DNA of 62,471 nt, filler included, from 7 parts of 7 records of this genome joined end to end with filler, not necessarily neighbours in it; one strand, 5' to 3'. Counted from the first letter of the whole stretch, positions 39,121 to 51,300 are shown. The notes: a model not told the origin generated them from the sequence alone. Numbers and translations: made by a program.

Positions 39121-41388
39121 CTATTTTAGCGTGAATGATTCTGATAGCTCTGCATCGGAATCGGTTCCAACAAACACTTCGAATTCACCTGGTTCTGATA
39201 CAAATTCGAGTTGGGCATTATAGAATTTCAAATCGTCTGCCGAAAGGGTAATCGTTACTTCCTTGCTCTCCCCTTTCTTAAGCATGACTTTCTTAAAACC
39301 TTTTAACTGTCGTTTTGGTGGCGTGATGCTTCTGACCACATCCCTCAAATATAATTGCACCACTTCTTCTCCATCGTAATCCCCTGTATTTTTAACCGTT
39401 ACGGTAGCTGAAACTGATTCACCCTGAGCGATTTCTTTTTTATTCAATTTGAGTTTCCCATACTCAAATGTGGTATAGCTTAATCCATAACCGAAAGGTA
39501 AGAGTGGTGCATTGGGCGCATCCAGATAATTGGACCGGAATTTTTGAAATTCGCCACTTTCCGGTGCAGGCCTACCAGTGACCTTTGCACTATGATAGAT
39601 TGGTATTTGCCCCACATTTACCGGCCACGTAGCGGTCAACTTTCCCGATGGATTGTAATCACCAAAAACCACATCGGCAATAGCATTACCGGCTTCCACT
39701 CCTGGATGCCAAACCTGCAAAATGGAAACGGGCATATCAAATTCTTCTGGAATCGTTAACGGTCTGCCGCTCATCAAAACCAAGGCAACCGGTTTCCCAG
39801 TCTCCACTAATGCATTTATCAGTTTCTTTTGACTTTCTGGAATGGAAATATCGGTCCGACTGGATGACTCTCCACTCATTTCGGTCGCCTCACCGACCAC
39901 TGCAACGACCACATCCGAAGTTTTTGCCAATACAATAGCTTCTTGAAGCATTGCTTCAGGCGATTGCATATCGATGACTATTCTTTCTCCAAGTGAATTT
40001 ACATTTTTGGCAAAATCAACATCATTTGAGATATTGGCGCCCTTGGTATAATCAATGGTAGCATTTGGTGCCACGTTTTTGAATCCTTCCAAAATGGTCA
40101 CTGCCAGATTAAAATCCCCTGTTGGCGCCCAAGTTCCGAGCATATTTTCCCTGCTATCGGCCAATGGACCTACTAAAGCAATTTTTCCTTGCTTTTTCAA
40201 AGGAAGAACGTTGTTGTGGTTTTTTAGCAATACGAAGGAACGGGTCGCCAATTTGCGTGACAGTGCCCTGTTCGCATCGGTCAATATATCCTTTTTAGGA
40301 CGCTTGGAATCCAAGTATTTGTAGGGGTCATCAAAAAGTCCGGAAATGTATTTGGCCTCCAATACTCTTCGGCAAGCGTTAGTAATATCCGCTTCGGTTA
40401 CTTTGCCTTCATCCAAGGATTTCTTTAAAGTGGTCAAAAAGCCCTCACCTACCATATCCATATCCAATCCCGCCTTCAACGCCAATGCAGAAACTGCTTG
40501 AAGATCTCCCAAGCCATGTGGAATCATTTCGTTCAATGAGGTATAATCGGATACTACGAAACCTTCAAACCCCCATTGATTACGAAGTAAATCAGTCAAC
40601 AGCCATTTATTTCCTGTGGCGGGCACACCGTCCACATCATTGAAAGAACTCATCACACTGGCAGCTCCTGCATCGATGGCAGCTTTATAGGGCTGCATAT
40701 ATTGGTTGAACATTTTGATTTTACTCATGTCCACTGAATGATAATCCCTACCGGCCTCGACAGCACCGTAAAGCGCAAAATGTTTTACACAAGCCAACAT
40801 AGTATGGGAAGCAGCCAAATCATCTCCCTGATATCCTTTTACCATGGCTTCGGCAATTCTGGAACCTAAATATGGATCCTCGCCCGCCCCTTCGGAGATT
40901 CGTCCCCAACGTGGGTCGCGTGCAATATCGACCATAGGGGAAAAATTCCAGTTGATACCATCTGCGGTGGCTTCCCTAGCGGCCATTTGGGCTGCTTGTT
41001 CTACCAAATCCATGTCCCAACTGGCAGAAAGACCCAATGGAATTGGGTATGTGGTCTTATAACCATGGATAACATCCGACCCAATAAGAAGCGGTATGCC
41101 CAATCGGCTATCGTTTACCGCAATTTCCTGTGCTTTCCTAACCCTATCCGGGCCCGCTACGCCAAAAAGGCCTCCTACTTGCCCGGACTTTATTTTTGTC
41201 CCTACATCTTTACTGACCACTTCTCCTGTGGCCACGCCGCCCCCAGGCGTTAATAGGTTCAATTGACCTATTTTTTCTTCAATGGTCATTTTGTTCAGTA
41301 ACTCTTCTACTTGAGGAATCCGTTTTTGGGCTTTTGCACCCATAACGGCAAATCCCATTAGTGCGAGCAAGAGTTTTTTATAGTACAT
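39121..41388 (-). CDS. bglX: GH3 beta-glucosidase (BglX-like)
   Basis: SRLGIPL, DVIHG, RDPRWGR, KHFA, VSDY nucleophile, FnIII tail. Confidence 0.93.
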   Translation of the reverse strand: MYYKKLLLALMGFAVMGAKAQKRIPQVEELLNKMTIEEKIGQLNLLTPGGGVATGEVVSKDVGTKIKSGQVGGLFGVAGPDRVRKAQEIAVNDSRLGIPLLIGSDVIHGYKTTYPIPLGLSASWDMDLVEQAAQMAAREATADGINWNFSPMVDIARDPRWGRISEGAGEDPYLGSRIAEAMVKGYQGDDLAASHTMLACVKHFALYGAVEAGRDYHSVDMSKIKMFNQYMQPYKAAIDAGAASVMSSFNDVDGVPATGNKWLLTDLLRNQWGFEGFVVSDYTSLNEMIPHGLGDLQAVSALALKAGLDMDMVGEGFLTTLKKSLDEGKVTEADITNACRRVLEAKYISGLFDDPYKYLDSKRPKKDILTDANRALSRKLATRSFVLLKNHNNVLPLKKQGKIALVGPLADSRENMLGTWAPTGDFNLAVTILEGFKNVAPNATIDYTKGANISNDVDFAKNVNSLGERIVIDMQSPEAMLQEAIVLAKTSDVVVAVVGEATEMSGESSSRTDISIPESQKKLINALVETGKPVALVLMSGRPLTIPEEFDMPVSILQVWHPGVEAGNAIADVVFGDYNPSGKLTATWPVNVGQIPIYHSAKVTGRPAPESGEFQKFRSNYLDAPNAPLLPFGYGLSYTTFEYGKLKLNKKEIAQGESVSATVTVKNTGDYDGEEVVQLYLRDVVRSITPPKRQLKGFKKVMLKKGESKEVTITLSADDLKFYNAQLEFVSEPGEFEVFVGTDSDAELSESFTLK

Positions 41389-41414
41389 GATCAGGTTGTT
41401 TTGATATTTTATTC

Positions 41415-42218
41415 TTATTCTGATATTGCCTGAATTGGTTTTTTGACATGAGAAAACAACCAAGGCAATAGATCAGGCTCAGCAAAAGCTGGGTCCCAAC
41501 TATTGTGATTGGCAAAATCGTAGATTGTAAATTTTGGATATACCCCAGCTTTTAAAAGTGCGGAGACCATTTCCATGGATTGTAATGGATGTACCACATT
41601 GTCCTGAGCTCCGTGAAAGACCCACAATGGGGTATTTTGTGCATAATTGGACACGGATTCCGGTTCACCTCCACCACAAATCGGCACTGCCGCTGCAAAG
41701 GTATCCGGCTTTCTGCTCAATAGCTCAAAGGTGCCCATACCTCCCATGGATAGCCCCATTAAATACACTTGATTATCGTTGGTGTACGGCTCGGCGATGG
41801 TGGTTTCCAGTAACTCCATTACCATTTCCAATGGTTTGGTAGGGCCTTCACTGTATTTAAAATCCAAATTGATAGGGTACGAACTTCTGTCCACATCTAC
41901 ACTTGCCCAATAACTATCTGTAGGGCACTGTGGAAAAATTACCACGGCCGGATATTTTTCCTGTAAATAATCCGTCGCAAACAGTTTGCCTCCGTTCCAC
42001 AATTGTTTTTCATTGTCGTTACCACGCTCACCTGCACCATGAAGAAATAGAACAACAGGATAATTCCCATCTTCTTTAAAGTTCTTTGGATACATAATGC
42101 GGTACCTTAATGTATCGTTTCCATCAATTAACATTTTAGCTTCATATTTGGACTGCCATTGTGCAGAAACCAAAGTACAAGCAAGGAACATCAGAAATAA
42201 TGATAATTTTTTTGCCAT
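41415..42218 (-). CDS. Secreted alpha/beta-hydrolase (esterase)
   Basis: Signal peptide; FLHGAGERG, GLSMGG (GxSxG), HGAQD, HNSW triad. Confidence 0.85.
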   Translation of the reverse strand: MAKKLSLFLMFLACTLVSAQWQSKYEAKMLIDGNDTLRYRIMYPKNFKEDGNYPVVLFLHGAGERGNDNEKQLWNGGKLFATDYLQEKYPAVVIFPQCPTDSYWASVDVDRSSYPINLDFKYSEGPTKPLEMVMELLETTIAEPYTNDNQVYLMGLSMGGMGTFELLSRKPDTFAAAVPICGGGEPESVSNYAQNTPLWVFHGAQDNVVHPLQSMEMVSALLKAGVYPKFTIYDFANHNSWDPAFAEPDLLPWLFSHVKKPIQAISE

Positions 42219-42219
42219 A

Positions 42220-43593
42220 TTAAAATCCAAGTTTGGTCAAACCAGCTTGAATGTCTTCGTTACCCATGAACAAATCCCAAAGCAATCCGGTTCGATAGTT
42301 TTCAATCATAATGATCTGTGGTCCTTGGTCAATCGCTAAATAAGCCTCTGCCACCCAATCGTGTTCTGGGCTAAAAGCATCATAAAATCCTGCAGGCCCC
42401 AACAAATCGTCTCTATTTCTGTAAAAATAATGCATTGCGACAAGAGATTCGTCCGGCGCGTAAGGAATTGAGCTTATAGCCGCCGTTGGTGAGATAACGC
42501 CTGTATCGTTATTGGGGCTATGGGCATTGTACCCTATGCTCCCATCATTATTTCTTGAGTAACTCGCTGTAAGCCCCCAACAATCTGCTCCGTAATCTTG
42601 ATGAAACCCGGGATTTGCCACACAATATTCATAATTGATCATGGTGTGATTTACGTTTACATCCCAATAGTTGACATAATCATCGGAAAGGTTTCTTGGG
42701 TCGAGCCCCAAATAGGAATAATGTGCCCAAAATAGTGGCCCACCAAATTGCTCAGCGCCGTTGTGCTTTACCAAGAGTGGATAACCGTATTGGGTATTTG
42801 ATGATTGTATTCCTCCATTGGAAGCCCAACCGTTGGTATAAACTTCCTTTTCGATAGTAAAATCAGGTGAAGCGGCCGCCATGACATAGGTTATCAAAAC
42901 TTCGTTGTACCCTTCAAGCGGCATATTGATTGCAAAATCATGATTTGGGCTCCAGTGCCAATACAATACATTTTGATTTTGTGTATACCAATCCCATTCC
43001 ACACCTTTCCAGAGATTATCAGCATGTTGGGCCAGTGCTTGTTCTACATCCGTCCCATTTTTGAAATATTCCTTTATACAAACCAAACCTTGTGCCAAGA
43101 AGGCGGTCTCTACCAAATCACCTCCATCATCCAAGTCGCTAAATGGGATAACGGCACCTGTAGCACCATTTATCCAATGTGGCCAAGCCCCATGAAATCG
43201 GTCCGCATTTTCAAGAAAATCCAATAAGGTATTCAATCGCTCCACGGCTTCTGTCCGAGAAACATATCCTCTTTCAATACCTACCAAAATAGCCATAAGC
43301 CCGAACCCCGTTCCACCTGCCGTTACAACACCTTCACTGTTTCCGGGGTCATTGGGGTGATATCTTTCCCTTGCGCCACCGGAGTTGGAATCGGCATAGT
43401 CCCAGAAATATTTAAAGGTTTCCTCTTGGGTCAAATCCAATAGTTCTTCATCCGAAATTGCAGGTTCTTCTTCCTCTTCTTCGGAACCGCTACCTGGCAG
43501 CTCTGGTTCTGTGGGAACATAGGTATAGTCATCGCCTCCACAGGACAGCATCACAATCGAAAAAAGTGAGAGGTATATTGCTTTTTTAATCAT
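42220..43593 (-). CDS. GH144 beta-1,2-glucanase family lipoprotein
   Basis: Lipobox MLSC; FKYFW, GARER, RFHGAWPHW, DGGDLVET, GYNE, GPLFWAHYS, AIDQGP. Confidence 0.87.
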   Translation of the reverse strand: MIKKAIYLSLFSIVMLSCGGDDYTYVPTEPELPGSGSEEEEEEPAISDEELLDLTQEETFKYFWDYADSNSGGARERYHPNDPGNSEGVVTAGGTGFGLMAILVGIERGYVSRTEAVERLNTLLDFLENADRFHGAWPHWINGATGAVIPFSDLDDGGDLVETAFLAQGLVCIKEYFKNGTDVEQALAQHADNLWKGVEWDWYTQNQNVLYWHWSPNHDFAINMPLEGYNEVLITYVMAAASPDFTIEKEVYTNGWASNGGIQSSNTQYGYPLLVKHNGAEQFGGPLFWAHYSYLGLDPRNLSDDYVNYWDVNVNHTMINYEYCVANPGFHQDYGADCWGLTASYSRNNDGSIGYNAHSPNNDTGVISPTAAISSIPYAPDESLVAMHYFYRNRDDLLGPAGFYDAFSPEHDWVAEAYLAIDQGPQIIMIENYRTGLLWDLFMGNEDIQAGLTKLGF

Positions 43594-44965
43594 CTGTGTT
43601 TGTGATCTCGGGGCTTTCAAAACCCAACTTCTTCAAGCCTTTTTGTACTTCTTCATTGGCCATGAACAATTTCCAGAACAATCCACTTCGATAGTTTTCA
43701 ATCATCACTGGAATTGGACCTTGGTCTATTGCCAAGTATCGTGGCAAGTACCAATCTTCCTCTAGGCTGAAAGCGTCGTAAGGACCGTACTTTCCTATGA
43801 GGCTATCCTGTTCTTTGTACATAAACCGTAAAAATTGCTTGCTCTCTTCGGGAGTATATGGCATGGAAGAAAGTGCTGCGGTTGGGGAAATTACGCCCAA
43901 ATCAGCTTCGGGTCGGTGCCCAGCATATCCATTTATGGAATAGCTTGAGGTGAGACCCCAGCAATCTTTTCCATACCCTTCATAATCCTTCGGATTGTCC
44001 ACACAATATTTATAGTGAATCAATGCATGGTTCTTGTTCAGTTTCCAATAGTCGCCAAATTGATCCTTCAACCCTTTAGGATTAAGTCCTAAGTAGGAAT
44101 AATGCGCCCAAAACAAGGGCCCAACGGGTGCATTACTATGCTCATAATGATTGAGTTCAGTTTCTAGGCCGTAGTATGTGGTATCTTTGGCGATTTGTCC
44201 GTCGACTCCCCAACCTTTTTCATAAACTGATTTTTTGATAGGGTGTGAGGGAGATGCTGCTGCCAAAATATACATAATCAGGGCTTCGTTGTAACCACCT
44301 ACGGGAAAGTTCATTTCCCATTGGTACTCGGGACTCCAATGCCAGTATAGCACCTCTTCTCCGTTCTTGGTATACCAGTCCCACTCAACTTCTTCCCATA
44401 GCTCTTGGATTTTTTGGGCCAATTGCTGTTCACGTTCATTTCCATCCTTAAAATAGGCTTGAACGGTCAGTAATCCTTGCACCAAAAAAGCTGTCTCTAC
44501 CAAATCTCCTCCATTGTCTTTTTTGCTAAAAGGGGTCACTTTTCCTGATGGTAACAGCCAATGGGGCCAAGCCCCATGAAAACGGTCTGCATTTTCTAAA
44601 AAACCAACAATTTGCTCGTAGCGTTCCAGTGCCTGTTCACGGGTGATGAATTCTCTTTCGACACCTACCAAAATGGCCATCAGTCCAAAACCTGAACCTC
44701 CTGTGGTAATAATGTCCTTATCGTGGTTGGGGTAGACTCCATCCATGTGAATTCGTTCCCTAGCCAATCCTGAGACCGGTTCTGCTCCATCCCAAAAGTA
44801 GTTGAAGGTCTGGTATTGGACCGAATCGAGCAACGCCTCATCGGTATAAGCCAAACTATCCGAATAACTTTCAGATGTTGATTCTTTGCTTTTTTCCTTA
44901 GTTTTTTGGCCATTGCACCCTATAAGTAGGGTGACAACGGCCAATGGTAATACAATTAACCTCAT
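43586..44965 (-). CDS. GH144 beta-1,2-glucanase family lipoprotein
   Basis: Lipobox LIGC; FNYFW, LARER, RFHGAWPHW, NGGDLVET, GYNE, WGLTSS, AIDQGP. Confidence 0.87.
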   Translation of the reverse strand: MRLIVLPLAVVTLLIGCNGQKTKEKSKESTSESYSDSLAYTDEALLDSVQYQTFNYFWDGAEPVSGLARERIHMDGVYPNHDKDIITTGGSGFGLMAILVGVEREFITREQALERYEQIVGFLENADRFHGAWPHWLLPSGKVTPFSKKDNGGDLVETAFLVQGLLTVQAYFKDGNEREQQLAQKIQELWEEVEWDWYTKNGEEVLYWHWSPEYQWEMNFPVGGYNEALIMYILAAASPSHPIKKSVYEKGWGVDGQIAKDTTYYGLETELNHYEHSNAPVGPLFWAHYSYLGLNPKGLKDQFGDYWKLNKNHALIHYKYCVDNPKDYEGYGKDCWGLTSSYSINGYAGHRPEADLGVISPTAALSSMPYTPEESKQFLRFMYKEQDSLIGKYGPYDAFSLEEDWYLPRYLAIDQGPIPVMIENYRSGLFWKLFMANEEVQKGLKKLGFESPEITNTDD

Positions 44966-45022
44966 AGAAATAACTAAACTTACTAACTCAAATATTTTGA
45001 TGTGCTACAAACAAGTAGCTCA

Positions 45023-46819
45023 TTAATTGTTCATGACTTCCTGTACCTCTTCTTGGGTAAGGGATTTATTGTAGAACCGTAGTTCATCTATTTGACTTTC
45101 GTCCGATAAATGGCCCCACTCGGTAAATCTTGGTGCACCGGAACCTATACTGAAGAAATCACAATCGGTCCAATCGATACCGGATATTGTATTTTGTCCC
45201 ACTGGTTCTCCATCGATATAAACGACAGCATTGGAACCAGAAATTGTAATGGCCAAGTGTATCCAACCCGTTGCAACCAATGGATCTAGGTCGGCATTTT
45301 CTCCGCCATCTACCCATACATCCGCTGTGCCATCACCTACATTTAGCTTGAAGCGTTGCATTCCACCTACATTTTCCCTAAAGAAACGGAATCCGCTGGT
45401 TCTAAGGTTCTGAACTTCTGGATAGCCAGCATTTTCGGTATCCTCCGGTCCTGACGTTAAAATACCTGCGTTATTTTCGGTCACATTCATTTTGTACCAC
45501 ATGGTAGCACTAAAATTGTCTGATGTCAATCCTTGCGTTGGGAATGTCAAATATGAATCTACAGCTCCGGCGTAGGCATCCGTACCTTCTAAGCTCTCTC
45601 CTGCAAATCCTGGGTTTCCAACTTCGGTTGCCTCAATTTCCCTGAACATTTCCATATAATCCCCGTCAAATGGCATGTAGAAGAATTCCCCGTCAAATGT
45701 TGGTGGGTAAGATGAAACAAATTCTCCCGAATCATCGGCCATAATAGTTTGAATTTCTTCTTGGGTGATTGCTCGATTGAAAATTCTAAGCTCATCCATC
45801 AAACTTTGGTCGGAAAGATGGTTCCACTCGGTAAAGTTAGGTGCTCCCGACATGATAGAAAGGACATTGCAATCGGTCCAATCAATACCTGGGAAGGCAT
45901 TTTGACTTACGACTTGACCATTGATATAAACCGTGGCCTCGGAACCTGATAAAGTAAATGCCAAGTTCACCCATTCACCGGTAGAAGGATCTACATCTGC
46001 CATTTCTCCACCATCAAACCATTCTGCTCCTTCACCATAACCTGCGGTGAGCTTGAATCTTTGTTCTCCACCGGCATTTTCCCTAAAAAAGGCAAAGCCT
46101 TTGTTTCTATCATTTGTGGTTCCATCAGTCATTGGAGGGCTCATGGTCAAAATACCAGCCCTGTCCGGCACGGCATTTATTTTCACCCAGAAAATGGCAC
46201 TAAACTCAGGATTTGTCAATCCATCTGTTGGCAATGTTAAATAAGCTCCTTCTGCTCCGACATAAGCACCTGAACCGCTTAGGCTTTCTTCTTCACTTGC
46301 AAATGATGGGCTACCTACTATGGTCGGAGTTTGGAAAGAAATTAAATCTATCCAATCGCCGTCAAAAGGCATATATAAAATCTCACCTTCATATTTTGGA
46401 ATATAAGGTGGTTCCTTTGAGAAGTTTACAGTCGTAGAAGTAGTTTTACCATCCAAATCGGTAGCGGTTACCATTAACTCGTGCTCTCCGTCACCCAACC
46501 CTTCGTATACCAAATCGTTTACGAGTACACGGCGGTAATCTATGTATCCTCCATTATAACTGGCAATTGTATTGCCATCCAATATTACATTTATAGATCC
46601 GACCTCAATATCATCGGTAACTTCAAAGGATATGTTTATCGATGTAGTCTCGGCAGGCACTTTAATCACATTTCCTGCCACTGGCGTATTTATGGTAACC
46701 TGTGGTGCTGTTTCATCCACTCCGGCATCCACTGCCGTTATAGGGTCGATTCCTTGGTCACATCCATAAAAAAGCAGAACGGCCAGACAGTTAATCAGAA
46801 TAAATCTTATGGTTTTCAT
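45023..46819 (-). CDS. Surface glycan-binding lipoprotein with Ig-like and two LamG domains
   Basis: Lipobox FYGC; duplicated YMPFDGD...FFREN.GG.QRFKL...DELR repeats; follows susD. Confidence 0.8.
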   Translation of the reverse strand: MKTIRFILINCLAVLLFYGCDQGIDPITAVDAGVDETAPQVTINTPVAGNVIKVPAETTSINISFEVTDDIEVGSINVILDGNTIASYNGGYIDYRRVLVNDLVYEGLGDGEHELMVTATDLDGKTTSTTVNFSKEPPYIPKYEGEILYMPFDGDWIDLISFQTPTIVGSPSFASEEESLSGSGAYVGAEGAYLTLPTDGLTNPEFSAIFWVKINAVPDRAGILTMSPPMTDGTTNDRNKGFAFFRENAGGEQRFKLTAGYGEGAEWFDGGEMADVDPSTGEWVNLAFTLSGSEATVYINGQVVSQNAFPGIDWTDCNVLSIMSGAPNFTEWNHLSDQSLMDELRIFNRAITQEEIQTIMADDSGEFVSSYPPTFDGEFFYMPFDGDYMEMFREIEATEVGNPGFAGESLEGTDAYAGAVDSYLTFPTQGLTSDNFSATMWYKMNVTENNAGILTSGPEDTENAGYPEVQNLRTSGFRFFRENVGGMQRFKLNVGDGTADVWVDGGENADLDPLVATGWIHLAITISGSNAVVYIDGEPVGQNTISGIDWTDCDFFSIGSGAPRFTEWGHLSDESQIDELRFYNKSLTQEEVQEVMNN

Positions 46820-46830
46820 TTTTACTTGTA

Positions 46831-48381
46831 TTAATTGTTGATTATATCCATCAAAATCGGGAATTCATCAATTTGATCTTGATGGTAAGTAACAAAAGTT
46901 CTATCCGGGGTAAAGGTTCTTCCTTCGAAGCTCAGCTCCTCATATCTGCCCAATCTGACCATGTCCAAAAATCGCTTGCCCCATTCCATGGCCAGTTCTG
47001 CATATTTCTCGTCGACCACCTGATCTAGGGTAACTCCGCTTATGGGTGCCAATCCAACTCTGCCCCTTACCATGTTCACCGCTTGATCTGCAGTCATTCC
47101 GGAACCAGTTGCCCCATGTAGCAAGGCTTCTGCATAAATCAACAATGTTTCTGCGTATCTATAAACTATATAGTTTTTATTACTTCCATAATCTGTTCGA
47201 CCCATAATCAATTGATTACTGGGCAAATAATGTTTTCCACTACAGAAAATAGCCCTTTCATTATCCAACAATACATCTCCGTCCCGAGTTTCTGGTGAAA
47301 CGAAATCTGGCAATGTTTCGGCAGTATAACCAGTGGATGAAATAATACTGTCTATTCCGTTTTGGGTGAACAGTACAGTTGTTTCCAGACGTTCGGTTTC
47401 TCCCCTATCCAACATGAATTTAACATATTTCATACTGGGTTCGAAAAAGCCCCATCCACCTGCTGAACCAGCTACGGACGGTGTCCATCCATTGGGGCCG
47501 TAAGGTGCGTAAAGATGACCTACCCTATCTCCCGTTCCCGAATTAAAGTCCGAATATTGGAGTTCGAACAGGTTTTCATCGCTCAACTTTCCGGGGGTTT
47601 TAAACAACTCATAATAATCTGACATCAAGGAGAATTTACCCGAACTTATTATCTGACCGGCCGCATCTGCAACTGCTTGGTAGTTTTCCAGTTCTTGATT
47701 CGCCAAAGCTTTCACCATTAATGCTGTATATCGGGTTACTCCACCTGGCAAATCTGTACGTTCGTTGGGCCTCATATTGGGCAATAATGGAATTGCTTCG
47801 TCCATTTGGTCGGATATGTGCTGCATCACCTCTTCTTTGGTGGGTACAGAGGTCACATTTTCAAAAGCACTTAAATCTGAAGACTCCGGAATAAATACTG
47901 CGCCATAGACCTGCGACAATTGAAAAAGCAATATAGATCGTAGAACCTTTGCCTCGGCTATGTATCGGTTCCCTAGGGCAATTCCGTCCTCATCGGCAAA
48001 CTCCATGTACCTTTCAATTTGTTCCATTCCTGTATGTGCCGCAATGATATCACCGTAGTAGGTTTCCCATAAGGTTCTTGAACCAAAAAAGGAGTTATCA
48101 TATACATAACGGTCTTGATTTTTAAGACCCTGCTGATCACCTGCTGCATTTACATCATCTCCCCGGGTTGCCACAACCAAAGGCTGCTCCCACCCTCTAT
48201 CGTTGACTGCCTGATAGATTCCGGTTAAGGAGAAAATCATATCACTTGTCTTTGAAAAATCGGTCCCACCAGCAAAATTATTGTTGAGTTCTGGTTGGTC
48301 AAGTTCACTACTGCAGCTTGAAATCAAGATGCCCAAGAATGCGAAGACCGTAAAAAAATTGTTTGTTTTTATTAATTTCAT
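46831..48381 (-). CDS. SusD/RagB family lipoprotein
   Basis: Lipobox SSC; AEAKVLRS, YRYAETLLIYAEA, ELAMEWGKRFLDMVRLG. Confidence 0.9.
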   Translation of the reverse strand: MKLIKTNNFFTVFAFLGILISSCSSELDQPELNNNFAGGTDFSKTSDMIFSLTGIYQAVNDRGWEQPLVVATRGDDVNAAGDQQGLKNQDRYVYDNSFFGSRTLWETYYGDIIAAHTGMEQIERYMEFADEDGIALGNRYIAEAKVLRSILLFQLSQVYGAVFIPESSDLSAFENVTSVPTKEEVMQHISDQMDEAIPLLPNMRPNERTDLPGGVTRYTALMVKALANQELENYQAVADAAGQIISSGKFSLMSDYYELFKTPGKLSDENLFELQYSDFNSGTGDRVGHLYAPYGPNGWTPSVAGSAGGWGFFEPSMKYVKFMLDRGETERLETTVLFTQNGIDSIISSTGYTAETLPDFVSPETRDGDVLLDNERAIFCSGKHYLPSNQLIMGRTDYGSNKNYIVYRYAETLLIYAEALLHGATGSGMTADQAVNMVRGRVGLAPISGVTLDQVVDEKYAELAMEWGKRFLDMVRLGRYEELSFEGRTFTPDRTFVTYHQDQIDEFPILMDIINN

Positions 48382-48391
48382 AGCTTTTGTT

Positions 48392-51300
48392 TTATATTTT
48401 AATATTGACACCCAATGTGTATACTCCTGGTATTGGGTAAGTCTGATTGTCCCTTCCATCTTGCACCTCCGGAGTGAAACCGTTATAATTAAATAAGGTA
48501 AGAGGTCTCTCCGCTGTCACATAAAATCGTATTTGTGGGCTGAACTTCCCTGTCAATTCTGGTAGGGTATATCCCAGAGTTACATTTTGCAACCTCACGA
48601 AATCACCTTTTTCAACAAAGAAGCTATTGAGGAACTGATTGCTCCATGGGTTTCTGATACCTCTTGCAGAAGGATAGGAATTGGTAGAGCCAGCACTGGT
48701 CCAACGGTTTACTGCAAAATCCCTATCTATGTTCGGGTCAGGGGTTTGACGAATTGCGAATCGTTTTTGATTGGCAATAACATTTCCTCCTTGTCCTATT
48801 ACATTTAAGGAGAAATCCCATGCCTTGTAATTGAGACCAAGATTGAATCCAAAAGTATAGGTGGGTATGTACGACCCTAAATCGACACGGTCTTGCGCAT
48901 CTATCATCATATCTCCATTGTGGTCCACGAACCTAAAATCGCCAGGTTCAACAGTCAAACCATTAGCTATAGCAGTTTGAGCAGCTGGGTCATTTTGTAT
49001 CTCTTCTGGTGTTTGGTACACCCCAGCAACCTCAAGTCCGAAGAAAGGATTTATAGTTCCCCCGACCACGGTCCTTTGTGCAACATCGCCCCCTGAAGTC
49101 AAATTTTCCTGGCCTTTAAGGTCCAGTACTTCATTTTTAAGGGTTGAAAAGTTTGCACCTATATTGTAACTGAAATTGTCTGAAACCTTCTTGTTCCAAT
49201 TCAACACCACTTCAAATCCTGTATTCCTTATTTTTCCAACATTCTGCCTAGTGGTTCCCGGCACTAACAATCTGGAAACTGGAATAACCGCGTCCCGAGT
49301 ATCCCTTCTAAAGTAATCGGCCTCCATGGACAATTGATTGTTGAACATTCTTGCCGTTATACCCACATTGGTCTCTGCCGTTACTTCCCATTTAAGAGCT
49401 TCAAAATCGCTACTGGTGACCTGCCCGGGATATGGGGTGTCTCCAAATGCCGCAACCACTTCCTCCGAAGTAATACCTCCTGAACTGGATGCCACGTTGG
49501 CGTTCCCCAATTCACCCCAGCTTCCTCTAAACTTTAGAAAATTGATTGCATTGGTTTCAGGAAAAAAAGATTCTTCGGAAATTACCCAACCAGCACCAAT
49601 TGTTGGAAAATACCCCCATTTCTCTTGATACTTACTGGTTCCATCCGCACGTACCGTACCATATAGAAGGTATCGGTCATCAAAATTATAGGCAATCCGG
49701 CCAAAATAGGAAAAGAAATATTCCCTTGCACCGTCGTCACCCGTAACCCTAACGCGGTCGTTATCCACACTGGTATCGATAGTATCGGCCAAATCCAAAT
49801 AATAGGATTCATCCCCAATTCCCGGGCCATTGGGGAAATTCAATCCTTTTACTTCCAAGAGTTCAAAAGATCTATCCCTAAATGCAGTACCTGCCAAAAC
49901 GGTCAAGTTATGTTTTCCAAAACTGTCGTTATAAGTTAAAGTATTGTCCCAGGTCTGTTCTGAAAAATTTTCGGTTCTTTTTATCAATTCTGCATTTTCC
50001 CTAAAGGCATCTCCATTTCCAAAAAAGTAAGGAAGTCTTACTTCTCTAACTTCCAAAGTTTCATAGTTGTGGTAATACGCTGTCTTAAATGTTAATTTAT
50101 CCGGAACTAGTTCATAGCTCAAGTCAATGGTCATCAATGTATTCCTTGTCTTGTTTCTATTTTGCGTATTTTCCATTATTGGGAAAGGGTTTTGGGTGCC
50201 CCTATATCCTAAATCCTGTGCATTGGCATAAGGTCTTGGGTAGGCCTCTGTTTTGGAAGGATCCAGAACAGGCATAACGGGTACTGCAAAATATGCCAGT
50301 GCAAAAGCAGTGTCTTCTGGCCTAAATCTGGTAGCATTGCTAAAAAGAGTGGACACTCCTACGCTTAGACGATCACTAACATCAAAATTCAATTTGCTCC
50401 GAATATTGAATCGTTCATAATCGTTCTTCATTTTAAGTATCCCTTCCTGTTCAAAATAGTTCAAGCCAACAGAATAAGTAATATTTTCCGATCCACCGGC
50501 TACACCAAAACTATGGTTTTGCTGTAGGGCATGCCTAAGAATCAAATCGTACCAATCCGTATTAACGTTTGGAACATTGGGATTAATCCTACTTCTACCA
50601 TATCGTTGTATGGCATTTTCAATGTATTGTGCCTCAGCTGCCGACCCCGATTCCCTAGCTAAGTTTACAAACTGTTCCGAATTGGAAAGTTTCACCAAGT
50701 TTTGGGCCACTTGGACCCCTTGATAACCGCTATAAGTAATCTGAGGCTTTTGATTTGGCCTACCTGATTTGGTTTCGATCAATACAACACCATTTGCAGC
50801 ACGAACACCATAAATAGCAGCCGCGGAAGCATCTTTAAGTACAGAAATACTTTCTATATCCTCCGTATTCAAAAAATCGATGTCGTCGAAAAAAGTACCA
50901 TCCACAACATAGAGCGGATTGGATGCCCCCCCTACATATGAACCGATACCTCTTACCCGAATAGTAGGACCGGTACCTGGTGCACCACTACTTACCACCT
51001 GTAAACCCGCCACCTTACCTTGAAGAGCCTGCATAGCGGCACCGGAAGGGGTTCGGGCTATATCTTCAGATTTCACAGTTGCAATGGAACCTGTTAAATC
51101 AGCTTTCTTCTGTGTTCCATAGCCGACCACAACAACTTCATCTAGACTTTGCGTGTCTTCCTGCATCGTCAAGTTGATAGTTGTTCTATTATTAATTGGT
51201 ATGGTTTGAGAGGTAAAACCAACGTAACTGAATACCAATGAACCATCTCCCGGAACGTTGTCCAAGGTATAGTTTCCATCAAAGTCCGTTTGGATTCCTG

